From Saccharofermentans sp. (GTDB lineage Bacteria > Bacillota > Clostridia > Saccharofermentanales > Saccharofermentanaceae), in the NCBI GenBank assembly GCA_024403695.1, contig JAKSRI010000006.1, forward strand, positions 5,488 through 69,487: 64,000 nucleotides of DNA, given 5' to 3'. Under the pieces are notes generated by a model. That model was not told where the DNA came from and searched no databases. It saw only the letters and a program-made list of their open reading frames with translations. The position numbers and the translations under genes were made by a program. This document shows positions 44,906 through 55,143 of the stretch, piece after piece. Numbering within the stretch: position 1 is the first letter of the stretch; each line of letters begins with the position of its first letter.

Positions 44906-47593
44906 TTATTTTGCTTCTAACCAATCGTGACCGATGTGAACGTCGCTTTCTAACTTAACGTAAAGCTCAACTGCATTCTCCATCTCACGCTTCAAAAGGT
45001 CTGCTGCTTTCTGAGCATCCTTCTCATCACACTCAACGATAAGTTCATCGTGTACCTGCATAACGAGTTTACTATCAGGAAGCTCTTCTTTAAGAGCGTT
45101 ATAGACCTTATTCATAGCAATCTTAATAATATCAGCTGCAGTTCCCTGAATAGGAGTATTCATAGCTGCGCGAAGTCCAAAGCTTCTGACATTCTTATTT
45201 GTAGACTTAAGTTCACTTAAAATTCTCTTACGGCCGAAGAGAGTCTCCACATAGCCAAGCTTCTCACCTGCAATCTTAAGTGAATCAAGATAACCCGTAA
45301 TACCTGGGAACTCGATAGCATACTGCTTAATAAGATGTGCAGCCTCAGCGTAACTAATATCAAGATCGGTAGACAAACCATACTCAGAGATACCATATAC
45401 AATAGCAAAGTTAACCGTCTTGGCTGTTGCTCTCTGTCTGGAAGTAACTTCATCACGACTTACTCCGAACACCTTCATAGCAGTAGATTTATGTACATCC
45501 TCACCATTACGGAAAGCTTCGCACATTACTTCATCCTTACTCATAGATGCCAGCAATCTAAGCTCGATCTGACTATAGTCAGCATCAACGAGAATTCTAC
45601 CCTCAGGTGAAGTAAAGCACTGACGAATACGTCCACCATTCTCACTTCTAACAGGAATATTCTGAAGATTAGGATCAGTAGATGACAAACGACCTGTATT
45701 AGTCATAGCCTGAGTGAATGTAGTATGAATTCTATTATCCTCACGAATCTTATCCTGAAGTCCGAGAGCATATGTAGAATCCAGCTTAGAAAGGCCACGC
45801 CACTCGATAATCATATCGATTACTGGGTGATATGTTCTAAGCCTGTTAAGCTCTTCAATAGAAGTAGAATAAGTACCTGTCTTACCCTTCTTGCCATGTG
45901 GCAGATTAAGTTTATTCTCATCAAAAAGAATCTCTGAAAGCTGCTTAGGAGATCCTATATTAAACTCATAACCGGATGTTTCATAAATATCCTGCTCAAG
46001 TGTCATAAGCTTATTAGAAAATTCCTCATGCAAACTCTGAAGCATATCCTTAGAAACATGCATACCATTACGCTCGATAGCATCAAGAGTCACGACCAAC
46101 GGGAACTCGATCTCATACAGAAGCTGTTCCTTCTTCTCACGGCTAATTAGAACCTTCTGTGCCTCATAAATAGCCGCAACAAGTATAAGTTTCTTAGCTT
46201 CAGTATTAATTTTAGTCTCTGTCTCATCAGCGGACTCACCAAAAAGTGCTGCAGTCAAATCCAACTGCTTAGGACCTTCATCCTCAATAGGATATGGAAC
46301 CTTAAACACACACTCATAAAGTCGTGCAAAATCAGGCTTAGCACCATCAATCATATTAAATACATAACCGCAGATACCAACGTCAAAGACAGACTTAACA
46401 TGAAGAGCCTTTGTCATCACTTTCGACGCGTCCTTATAGCAGAAAGCTACAGGTGTAATGTCATTACAGTTACCAACAACATCGCACAAACTATTAGCAT
46501 CACCATAATAAACAGTGCTATCTCCAGGCATATAAACAAGCGCTTTATCATCGCAGAAACTAACTGCAACATCATCACCATCTTTACAAGTAACACCGTC
46601 AAATCCGGAAACAAGTTTCATGTTACTCATAATCTCAGAAAACTTGTTATAAATACCAGATATCTCTGTGTCCTCAGGATCAGAAGAAACTGGGATAGAA
46701 GTTTTAATATCATCAAGGCCAAGCTTCTTAGTCAGCATCTTAAGACCAAGGGCAGCAAGCTTATCATGTGTGCCCTGCTTGTCCTTAATGTCGTCGAAAG
46801 CAGTGGCCTCCACTCCAAATGGAACAGGCACATGACGGTCAATAGCACAAAGCTTAAGGTTAAGCTCCAAAAGTTCATGGGATGCATCTAATTTCGCCGC
46901 CAGGCCCTTGGACAACTCTGATGTGTGTGCGAGAACGCCATCGATAGAACCATAATCAGCAATAAGTTTAAACGCAGTCTTAGGACCAACCTTCTCAACA
47001 CCAATAATGTTATCGGAATTATCACCCATAAGCGCCTTAACCTGCACGAAAACTTCAGGTCCGACACCATTTTCCTCCACAAAAAGGTCACGGTCATAAA
47101 GCACACGAGGAGGCTTTCCCTTACCACTTTGAGGCATGATAACCTTTACCTTATCAGAGATAAGCTGGAAATCATCGTGGTCACCAGAGAGAATAAATAC
47201 TTCATCTCCCTCTTCTTCACCAAGACGGCTTAAAGTACCAATAAGGTCATCAGCCTCATAACCCTCAAGTTCCATACGAGAAATACCCATAAGATCGAGG
47301 ATTTGCTTACAAATAGGCATCTGAACTGCCAGATCAGGCATCATAGGCTTACGAGTAGCCTTATAATCAGAACTCATCTTATGACGGAAAGTTGGTGCTT
47401 TAAGGTCAAAAAGCACACAGATATCAGTTGGCTTATACTCATCTTTAACAGAAAGAAGTGTGTTAAAGAAGCCACTAACAGCACCAGTTGGAGTTCCATC
47501 AGGCGCAGACATAGGCGCGCGTCCATATGTTGCAAAGAACGCACGGTTCATAATAGAGTTACCGTCTACAAGAAGAATTCTCTTATCTGCCAT
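44906..47593 (-). CDS. polA: DNA polymerase I
   Basis: LLVDGNS, YEADD, GDNSDNI, TGRLSSTDPNLQNIP, DYSQIELR, KTVNFAIVYG, QVHDEL. Confidence 0.99.
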   Translation of the reverse strand: MADKRILLVDGNSIMNRAFFATYGRAPMSAPDGTPTGAVSGFFNTLLSVKDEYKPTDICVLFDLKAPTFRHKMSSDYKATRKPMMPDLAVQMPICKQILDLMGISRMELEGYEADDLIGTLSRLGEEEGDEVFILSGDHDDFQLISDKVKVIMPQSGKGKPPRVLYDRDLFVEENGVGPEVFVQVKALMGDNSDNIIGVEKVGPKTAFKLIADYGSIDGVLAHTSELSKGLAAKLDASHELLELNLKLCAIDRHVPVPFGVEATAFDDIKDKQGTHDKLAALGLKMLTKKLGLDDIKTSIPVSSDPEDTEISGIYNKFSEIMSNMKLVSGFDGVTCKDGDDVAVSFCDDKALVYMPGDSTVYYGDANSLCDVVGNCNDITPVAFCYKDASKVMTKALHVKSVFDVGICGYVFNMIDGAKPDFARLYECVFKVPYPIEDEGPKQLDLTAALFGESADETETKINTEAKKLILVAAIYEAQKVLISREKKEQLLYEIEFPLVVTLDAIERNGMHVSKDMLQSLHEEFSNKLMTLEQDIYETSGYEFNIGSPKQLSEILFDENKLNLPHGKKGKTGTYSTSIEELNRLRTYHPVIDMIIEWRGLSKLDSTYALGLQDKIREDNRIHTTFTQAMTNTGRLSSTDPNLQNIPVRSENGGRIRQCFTSPEGRILVDADYSQIELRLLASMSKDEVMCEAFRNGEDVHKSTAMKVFGVSRDEVTSRQRATAKTVNFAIVYGISEYGLSTDLDISYAEAAHLIKQYAIEFPGITGYLDSLKIAGEKLGYVETLFGRKRILSELKSTNKNVRSFGLRAAMNTPIQGTAADIIKIAMNKVYNALKEELPDSKLVMQVHDELIVECDEKDAQKAADLLKREMENAVELYVKLESDVHIGHDWLEAK

Positions 47594-47594
47594 A

Positions 47595-50500
47595 TTACTT
47601 CATATCCTCGCCCTGCTGAATCATCTTATGAACAGAGTGAGCTGTGGCAATCATAAGCTTAATACGGTTAAGCTGGTTAGCCTCAGAAGCACCTGGGTCA
47701 TAGTCGATAGGGATAATATTACTCATTGGATACTGTCTTCTGAGCTCCTTAATCATGCCCTTACCAGTAACATGGTTAGGCAGACATGCGAAAGGCTGTG
47801 CGCAGATAATATTAGGCACACCGTCCTGAATGAGCTCGATCATCTCAGCTGTAAGGAACCAACCCTCACCACAGAAGTTACCACAACTAAGAACTGAAGC
47901 AGACTTCTTGGCAAGTTCTTCGATTCTCTCGGAGAGCATGAACTTTCCGCCAGTCTTCTTGAAGGCCCTATTGATAGGTCTTCTGTAGGATTCAAGAAGA
48001 TTAATAACTCGCTGATTAATAAATGCGGTTTTCTTAGATCTACCAAGGTTCTCAGATGCCCAGATAGGGTTATAACAGCAGTAAAGGAAGAAATCGAGAA
48101 CACCAGGGAGAACAGCCTCACAGCCCTCAGATTCGATAACATCAATAGCATTATTGTTAGCATCTGGATGGAACTTTACAAGAATCTCACCTACGATACC
48201 AACACGTGGCTTACGAGGGATATCCTGAAGTGGAAGCTTATCAAACTTCTCAACCGCGAACTCTACAAACTTCTTATAACTTCTGATATATGGAATATTC
48301 TCAAGGTCAACTCCAATATCAGCGAGACAATCTCTAATCTTCTTCTTCTCTTCAGGTGATTTATCCCAGTAATTATTAGGCATTACCTGGTCATATCTAG
48401 GAGTAAGATCATCAGCAAACTGATTCTTATTAAACATCTTACGTCCAACCTGATTGATATAAGAATAAAGCGCATTAGCAGATCCTGGCAACTTCTCATA
48501 AGGACGTACTCTGATAAGCATAGAGTTAACCATATCACCAGCAGTGAGCGCCTTAATAGCATTGAATACAAAGTTAGGAGTATACTTCCATCCTTCATTC
48601 TTCTCGAACTGCTGAGCAGAAATAGCAATTACTGGAATCTTATCATATCCAGCTTCACGAAGTGCTTTACGCAAGAAACCAACGTAGTTAGTAGCACGAC
48701 AACCACCACCTGTCTGAGTAATAGCAAGTGTGCAGTTATCAGGATCAACTTCACCTCTCAAAATAGCGTTAATCATCTGACCAACTACTACAATAGATGG
48801 GAAACATGCATCGTTATTAACATACTTAAGTCCGCACTCAATATCCTCACGAGTAGCCTGCTTCAAGATCTTCATGCGATATCCAGCACGTCTGAAAACA
48901 CTCTCAAGGAAATCAAATGGAATTGGTGCCATCTGAGGAGCGATGATAGTGTGAGTCTTCTTATTTTCCTTTGTGAATTCTACTCGCTTGAGTGTATATG
49001 CATCCTCTGCAGGCTTAACATCGCGAGCCTTTGTATCACCAGCAAGCTGCTCACGCTCATCCATTGCAACAACAAGGGATCTCATTCGGATACGAGCTGC
49101 ACCAAGGTTAGAAACCTCATCAATCTTAAGAAGTGTATAAAGTTTACCAGAAGACTCGAGAATCTCCTGAACCTGATCGGAAGTTACTGCATCGAGACCA
49201 CAACCAAAGCTTGTAAGCTGTACGAGCTCGAGGTTAGGCTTTGTAATAGTAAATGCAGCTGCCTCATAAAGTCTTGTATGATACATCCACTGATCAACGA
49301 CACGAATAGGTCTCTTAAGAAGGCCTGGTGTAGCAACAGAATCCTCTGTAAGAACTGCAAGACCAAGCTGATTAATCATCTCTGGTATACCGTGGTTAAT
49401 CTCTGGATCCACGTGGTAAGGACGACCGGCGAGAACGATACCCTTAAGTCCGCGCTCATCCATTTCGGCGAGAATCTCCTTGCCCTTGTTACGGATGTCT
49501 TCCTTGAAGTTACCGTACTCTTCGGCACCTGCAGCAACAGCCGCTTTGGCCTCCTCGAGAGTTACACCAGCGTACTCGAAAGTCTTGGCAAGAGTGCCTG
49601 CAACAGTGTCGAGATCATCAAGAGGCATAAATGGGTTAAGGAACTTAATGTCCTTCTCACGGATATTTTCCACGTTATTCTTGATAACTTCAGGATAAGA
49701 GCAAACGATTGGGCAGTTATAATGGTTACCACTACCCTTGTTCTCGTGTGCCTCATAAGGAACATCAGGATAGAAAATAGTCTTAATACCTCTTGTTATG
49801 AGGTTCTCAATATGTCCGTGAACAAGCTTTGCTGGATAACATACAGACTCAGATGGGATCGTCTCCATACCCTTCTCAAAAAGTGTATGTGAAGAACGCG
49901 CGCTAATCATTACGCGGAAACCAAGTTTTGTAAGTGTTGTAAACCAGAAAGGATAGTTCTCATACTGATTAAGTGCACGTGGAATACCAATCACACCACG
50001 TGGAGCATCTTTCTCATCGATTGGCTTATAGTGAGAGAATGTACGCTCATATTTGTACTTGAAGAGGTTAGGAATATTATTCTTCTCGCTCTCCTGATCA
50101 AGGCCTACGCTCTCACCCTTCTCACATCTGTTACCAGAAACAAAGCGCTTACCGTTAGAGAATGTTGCTACTGTAAGACGGCAGTGGTTACCGCAGTAAG
50201 GGCACTGTGTATTTTCTGTGCTCATCTCAAAGGAATTAAGCTCATCACCACCAAGAAGTGTTGTCTTATTACCATTCTCAGCAAACTTTGTCTTGGCAAT
50301 AAGTGCAGCACCGAAGGCGCCCATGAGACCAGCAACGTTAGGTCTGATAACCTCTCTGTCAGAAACGAGCTCGAAACATCTAAGGATAGCATCATTAAGG
50401 AAAGTACCACCCTGAACTACAATGTTCTTACCAAGCTGCTCTGTGTCTCTAATCTTGATTACCTTGTAAAGCGCGTTACGAACTACAGAGTAAGAAAGGC

Positions 50501-52013
50501 CAGCGGAGATATCACCAACAGATGCTCCCTCCTTCTGTGCCTGCTTAACCTTAGAGTTCATGAATACAGTACAACGTGTTCCGAGATCAACCGGGTTAGT
50601 GGCCTTAAGTGCCTCTACTGAGAATCCGTGAGGATCCATACCCAGTGTCTGTGCGAAAGTCTGAATAAAGCTTCCGCATCCAGAAGAACAAGCCTCATTA
50701 AGCATAATGGAATCGATAACACCATTACGAATACGCATACACTTCATATCCTGACCACCGATATCGATAATAAAATCAACATCTGGACAGAAGAATTTAG
50801 CTGACTGGAAGTGAGCCATTGTCTCGATCTCACCAATATCAACACCCAGCGCAGCCTTAATGATGTTCTCGCCATAACCAGTAACGCAGGAATATGCGAT
50901 ATGAGCAGAAGCAGGAAGTTTATTATAAACGTCCTTAAGGATATTAACCGCACTCATTACAGGATTACCCTTGTTAGATGCGTAGTATGTGTAAACAAGC
51001 TCGCCCTTCGAATTAATAACTACAGCCTTTGTTGTAGTAGAACCTGCATCGATACCGAGATAAAGATCACCCTTAGCTGTTGCCAAATCAAGAGTAGGAA
51101 TCATATTCTTAGCGTGTCTATCATAGAAACGCTTCTTCTCATCCTCATCCTTAAAAAGTGGTGCGATATGAATAATATCAGGAGTAAATCCTTCCTTGTT
51201 CTTAAATCTCTCGAGCAAATCTGCAAGGCTTACAGGCTCATCGTCACTAGAAAGTGCCGCACCAAGTGCAACATAAATCTGAGCCTCATCAGGCATCCAG
51301 AAAGAGTCTGCCTTATCTTCGAGAGTACGCTCGAAAGCATGTCTTAACTCAGAGTTAAAGTAAAGTGGGCCACCAAGGAAAGCAATGTTACCCTTGATAG
51401 GACGACCACAAGCAAGACCAGCAATTGTCTGGTTTACTACTGACTGATAAATAGAAGCTGCGAGGTCCTCCTTAGCAGCGCCCTCATTAATGAGCGGCTG
51501 AAGGTCAGACTTAGCAAATACACCGCATCTGGAAGCGATTGTGTAAAGGCTTCTGTAGTCCTTGGCAAAGTTATTAAGACCGTCTGCATCTGTCTGAAGA
51601 AGTGATGCCATCTGGTCGATGAATGCACCTGTACCGCCTGCACATGTACCATTCATACGCTGCTCGAGCACTGGGTGCATGTAAGTAATCTTGGCGTCCT
51701 CACCACCAAGCTCGATAATAACATCAGTCTCTGGGTGATACTTCTTAATAGCTTCTGTCTCAGCCATAACCTCCTGAATAAACTTAAGATTAAGCCAGTT
51801 GGCTACAGAAAGTCCACCAGAACCTGTAATAGTAACGGACACATCAATTCCAGGGAACTTCTCATTTACCTCTTCAAAAAGCTTATTAAGAAGTCCAGAA
51901 ATATCAGAATGGTGACGTCTGTACTCATTAAATACAATATCTTCTCCATCAAGAAGAACAACTTTAATTGTAGTTGATCCAATATCAAGACCAAGTCTGT
52001 ATCTTATTTCCAT
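47595..52013 (-). CDS. Fused acyl-CoA dehydratase activase/reductase (2x BcrAD/BadFG ATPase + DUF2229 + HGD-D-like); PlsA/PlsR plasmalogen synthase-like
   Basis: GLDIGSTT / GIDAGSTT, ELGGED / DIGGQD, MNGTCAGG / LNEACSSGCG, RCGVF / RCTVF, SESVCYPAK, GRPYH, FGCGLDA, CFPS, PFACLPNH. Confidence 0.88.
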   Translation of the reverse strand: MEIRYRLGLDIGSTTIKVVLLDGEDIVFNEYRRHHSDISGLLNKLFEEVNEKFPGIDVSVTITGSGGLSVANWLNLKFIQEVMAETEAIKKYHPETDVIIELGGEDAKITYMHPVLEQRMNGTCAGGTGAFIDQMASLLQTDADGLNNFAKDYRSLYTIASRCGVFAKSDLQPLINEGAAKEDLAASIYQSVVNQTIAGLACGRPIKGNIAFLGGPLYFNSELRHAFERTLEDKADSFWMPDEAQIYVALGAALSSDDEPVSLADLLERFKNKEGFTPDIIHIAPLFKDEDEKKRFYDRHAKNMIPTLDLATAKGDLYLGIDAGSTTTKAVVINSKGELVYTYYASNKGNPVMSAVNILKDVYNKLPASAHIAYSCVTGYGENIIKAALGVDIGEIETMAHFQSAKFFCPDVDFIIDIGGQDMKCMRIRNGVIDSIMLNEACSSGCGSFIQTFAQTLGMDPHGFSVEALKATNPVDLGTRCTVFMNSKVKQAQKEGASVGDISAGLSYSVVRNALYKVIKIRDTEQLGKNIVVQGGTFLNDAILRCFELVSDREVIRPNVAGLMGAFGAALIAKTKFAENGNKTTLLGGDELNSFEMSTENTQCPYCGNHCRLTVATFSNGKRFVSGNRCEKGESVGLDQESEKNNIPNLFKYKYERTFSHYKPIDEKDAPRGVIGIPRALNQYENYPFWFTTLTKLGFRVMISARSSHTLFEKGMETIPSESVCYPAKLVHGHIENLITRGIKTIFYPDVPYEAHENKGSGNHYNCPIVCSYPEVIKNNVENIREKDIKFLNPFMPLDDLDTVAGTLAKTFEYAGVTLEEAKAAVAAGAEEYGNFKEDIRNKGKEILAEMDERGLKGIVLAGRPYHVDPEINHGIPEMINQLGLAVLTEDSVATPGLLKRPIRVVDQWMYHTRLYEAAAFTITKPNLELVQLTSFGCGLDAVTSDQVQEILESSGKLYTLLKIDEVSNLGAARIRMRSLVVAMDEREQLAGDTKARDVKPAEDAYTLKRVEFTKENKKTHTIIAPQMAPIPFDFLESVFRRAGYRMKILKQATREDIECGLKYVNNDACFPSIVVVGQMINAILRGEVDPDNCTLAITQTGGGCRATNYVGFLRKALREAGYDKIPVIAISAQQFEKNEGWKYTPNFVFNAIKALTAGDMVNSMLIRVRPYEKLPGSANALYSYINQVGRKMFNKNQFADDLTPRYDQVMPNNYWDKSPEEKKKIRDCLADIGVDLENIPYIRSYKKFVEFAVEKFDKLPLQDIPRKPRVGIVGEILVKFHPDANNNAIDVIESEGCEAVLPGVLDFFLYCCYNPIWASENLGRSKKTAFINQRVINLLESYRRPINRAFKKTGGKFMLSERIEELAKKSASVLSCGNFCGEGWFLTAEMIELIQDGVPNIICAQPFACLPNHVTGKGMIKELRRQYPMSNIIPIDYDPGASEANQLNRIKLMIATAHSVHKMIQQGEDMK

Positions 52014-52016
52014 ATA

Positions 52017-52802
52017 TCATTTCCCGTCCTTATGTCTAATATCGTCCAAAGGCATTCCCTTTGGCTGATTATTAGTACTTGTTATTGTTTTTCTAACACG
52101 TGTATTCTCTTTTGTTTTACGTGGTGTAGTTGTCTTACGCTTTCTAGGCTTATGCTCAGTAGCAGGAATGCTTCCGAATTCTTTCAAAGACTCTTCCTTA
52201 AGCTTTGCCATCTTCTCTTTGTCAGAATCACGAAGCTCTTGTCTAAAGTCCTTCACCTTCAATACTTCAGTTCTGAAGTTCTCATTAAGTGACAACTGCA
52301 AAAGCTCATCAGGTACACCAAGTCTCAAATCAAATGGCTTACCAAACTTATCCTTAGAAACAAGGCTAAGCCCAGATACAACTCTGGCAACATTCTCTTC
52401 ATATACTGAATACTCACATCTAATGCCGAGAGATAATGGCAATCCTGCGAAATTAATATTCACGTAAGGCAAATTGTGAGTGAAAATCAGATGAAGTGTA
52501 ACCAACTTCATGTATGATTCCAGATTAATACAATCCTGATCACAAATAAGAGCCAAAGCACCTGGTTCTGCCATGTTGGCAATGTCTGATTTCTCATTCT
52601 CAAATCCATTAGCCCAAAGATAGTAAAGTTCTCTATATATCTCGTTCTTAAACTTCTCAAAATCCCTTGTAAGTGGAGTCGCTAATATAGGTGAACCGAG
52701 ACTGAAAATATGCTGCATATAAGATACCTCTAAGTGTGAAGGCACCGTAAAATACTTAAAATATGCGGCCACATCTCTGGCATTAAAAATGTACTTAGAC
52801 AT
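52017..52802 (-). CDS. Hypothetical protein with a basic low-complexity C-tail
   Basis: AGGAG SD, 261 aa, 3-bp gap to the activase gene; no motif recognised. Confidence 0.8.
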   Translation of the reverse strand: MSKYIFNARDVAAYFKYFTVPSHLEVSYMQHIFSLGSPILATPLTRDFEKFKNEIYRELYYLWANGFENEKSDIANMAEPGALALICDQDCINLESYMKLVTLHLIFTHNLPYVNINFAGLPLSLGIRCEYSVYEENVARVVSGLSLVSKDKFGKPFDLRLGVPDELLQLSLNENFRTEVLKVKDFRQELRDSDKEKMAKLKEESLKEFGSIPATEHKPRKRKTTTPRKTKENTRVRKTITSTNNQPKGMPLDDIRHKDGK

Positions 52803-52845
52803 TAATTATTAACTCCTATTTCCAATATTATAATTAAACGCGCGC

Positions 52846-52884
52846 ATAAAAATACAAGTCTAATTATAACACAATTAGACTTGT
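52846..52884 (-). terminator. Terminator after thyA-folA
   Basis: ACAAGTCTAATT-7nt-AATTAGACTTGT 12-bp stem, T-rich tail on the minus strand. Confidence 0.8.
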
Positions 52885-52927
52885 CTGATTACGTACGGAT
52901 GTAATTGTAATAGTTATAAAGAATTCT

Positions 52928-53428
52928 TTAAGATTTGCGGGAATAGTGTCTTACTGTAAACTCGACACCCTTCTCAGACATTATAGGCTCTTCTTCCTCG
53001 ACCATCTCCCAGTCATCCATCTCATCAAGATTTGGGAAGAAGGCATCAGCGCCATCAAAAGACTTATGAATATAAGTGACAATTGCCTTATCACAGATAT
53101 CGATCATGGAATTATATACTTCTGCACCACCGATGAGATAGATTTCTTCATCTGGATGCTCTTCCTGATACTTAGCAAGTTCGTCCTGTGAATGAAGAAT
53201 TACAGCGCCTTCCTTCTCATAATCCATGTTACGAGTAAGAATTACGTTAATTCTCTTAGGAAGAAGCTTCTCATCCTTAAATGTCATAAGTGTCTTACGA
53301 CCAAAAACCACAGTATTACCTGCAGTATACTTACGGAAAACACCCTTCTGATCCTCTGGAAGAGAGATAAGAAGCTGTCCTTCCTTACCAATGGCCCAAT
53401 TATAATCAACAGCTGCAATAGCGATCAC
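52928..53428 (-). CDS. folA: Dihydrofolate reductase
   Basis: IAAVD.NWAIG, VFGRKT, LPKRINVILT, LIGGAEVY, DAFFP. Probable GTG start at 53428 after GAGGTG; a TTG at 53452 is also possible. Confidence 0.95.
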   Translation of the reverse strand: MIAIAAVDYNWAIGKEGQLLISLPEDQKGVFRKYTAGNTVVFGRKTLMTFKDEKLLPKRINVILTRNMDYEKEGAVILHSQDELAKYQEEHPDEEIYLIGGAEVYNSMIDICDKAIVTYIHKSFDGADAFFPNLDEMDDWEMVEEEEPIMSEKGVEFTVRHYSRKS

Positions 53429-53448
53429 TTTCGAACACCTCACAAAAA

Positions 53449-54279
53449 TCAAATAGCAACAGGAAGCTTACCTACCTTAGGGCCATACTCATAACCCTCA
53501 AGGTGGATATTATCTACTGTGAACTGATAGAAATCAGTAATACCCTCATCAAGAACAAGCTTAGGTGCAGGGAACTTAGGACGCTCAATAACTTCCTTAA
53601 CAATATCAACATGACGATCATAAACATGAGCATCAGCGATAACATGAACGAGCTCACCCACCTCAAGTCCACTACAACGTGCGAAGAGATGAACAAGAAC
53701 CGCATACTGGCAGACATTCCAACCGTTAGCAACCAGCATATCATTTGAACGCTGATTCAAAATAGCATTAAGCTTGTTACCTGTTACATTAAATGTCATG
53801 GAGTAAGCACATGGATAAAGACCCATCTCAGACAAATCCTGGTGCACATAAATATTTGTCATGATACGTCTGGAACTTGGATTGTTCTTAAGGTCAAAAA
53901 GAACACGGTCAACCTGGTCCATCATGCCCTCTTTGTACTTATGCTTAACACCAAGCTGATAACCATAAGCCTTACCGATTGAACCATTCTCATCTGCCCA
54001 AGCATCCCAGATATGGGAATTAAGATCATTAACGTTATTAGATTTCTTCTGCCAGATCCAGAGGAGCTCATCAACAGCGCCCTTAAAGTTCTGGTAACGC
54101 TGAGTAAGCATTGGGAACTCTTCAGCAAGGTTATAACGGTTAACAATACCGAAAGCCTTATGAGTATATGCAGGTGTTCCATCCTCCCAGTGAGGTCTTA
54201 CCTTCTCATTCTCAGTAGTGATTCCACTGTTAAGAATGTCTCTAATATTCTGATCAAAAATATCATCTGCTTTACTCAT
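53449..54279 (-). CDS. thyA: Thymidylate synthase
   Basis: ELLWIW, GKAYGYQ, LYPCAY, QRSND, NVCQY, DAHVYDRH. Confidence 0.97.
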   Translation of the reverse strand: MSKADDIFDQNIRDILNSGITTENEKVRPHWEDGTPAYTHKAFGIVNRYNLAEEFPMLTQRYQNFKGAVDELLWIWQKKSNNVNDLNSHIWDAWADENGSIGKAYGYQLGVKHKYKEGMMDQVDRVLFDLKNNPSSRRIMTNIYVHQDLSEMGLYPCAYSMTFNVTGNKLNAILNQRSNDMLVANGWNVCQYAVLVHLFARCSGLEVGELVHVIADAHVYDRHVDIVKEVIERPKFPAPKLVLDEGITDFYQFTVDNIHLEGYEYGPKVGKLPVAI

Positions 54280-54314
54280 GGATAACCTCCCAATTGTTGG
54301 TAAGAAATATTATA

Positions 54315-55037
54315 TCAAATATCGACTTTCTTACCTAATGTCTTTACAAGGCCTGAAAGAGACATGTAAAGAATAATAACAAACACTGCAATACCGATTT
54401 TAAGTACATTTGAAGCATCAAACTCTGAATATACTGCACCATATTTGTAGTTAAGTGCGGACTCCAGAGCAAGCACAGAAACAAGCGCCTCTACTATGCC
54501 GAGCTTACGAATGGCAATAGCGATAAAGGAACCCTTACGACCAGCCTTAAAAAGGTTATAAATGGCAGTGCCGACCTTTATTACTACATACACTGCCATA
54601 ACATAAATAAGGAATCCTGGATAATGATGGGAAACACCCTTACGTGTCATGAGGTAGACGTCGAAAGCCAAGAGCAAGTCCATAAAGAACAGCCATTTAC
54701 AAAAGGAACGCGCGTTAGCAACTTCAGTAAATTTCTTATTCTTCTTTCTGGACAAACTTCTTCCTGCACGGTAAAGCATACGGCATTTCATACATGTTAA
54801 GAAAACATAGTAGATGCTCATCATGATAAGCCATGGAAATCTATAAATAATTCCCACCGCAGCGGCAAAACCAGCATAAAGGAAATCGAAAATGATAGCA
54901 GGAAAAGTAGCGGCTACAGTTTTCCTAGTGTAGTCGCCTGTTATATAGGCAAAAAGCAATCTTAACAGATTTAAGAAAAAACGACCTTTTCCAGCCACAG
55001 TAACTCCGATTATTCGTTTTAGAAGATATTTTATCAT
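54315..55037 (-). CDS. Hypothetical multi-pass membrane protein
   Basis: About six hydrophobic helices with basic loops. Confidence 0.7.
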   Translation of the reverse strand: MIKYLLKRIIGVTVAGKGRFFLNLLRLLFAYITGDYTRKTVAATFPAIIFDFLYAGFAAAVGIIYRFPWLIMMSIYYVFLTCMKCRMLYRAGRSLSRKKNKKFTEVANARSFCKWLFFMDLLLAFDVYLMTRKGVSHHYPGFLIYVMAVYVVIKVGTAIYNLFKAGRKGSFIAIAIRKLGIVEALVSVLALESALNYKYGAVYSEFDASNVLKIGIAVFVIILYMSLSGLVKTLGKKVDI

Positions 55038-55104
55038 ACTCGAGTCTATTTTTAGAATATTCAGTGGATAGATTCCAGTATGTTGATTGGAATGTTAAAT
55101 TGGT

Positions 55105-55137
55105 AAAAAAGAAGCGAGAATCATCTCCTCGCTTCTT
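55105..55137 (-). terminator. Terminator after 55144-56019
   Basis: AAGAAGCGAG-9nt-CTCGCTTCTT plus a T-tract on the minus strand. Confidence 0.8.
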
Positions 55138-55143
55138 GAAAGA

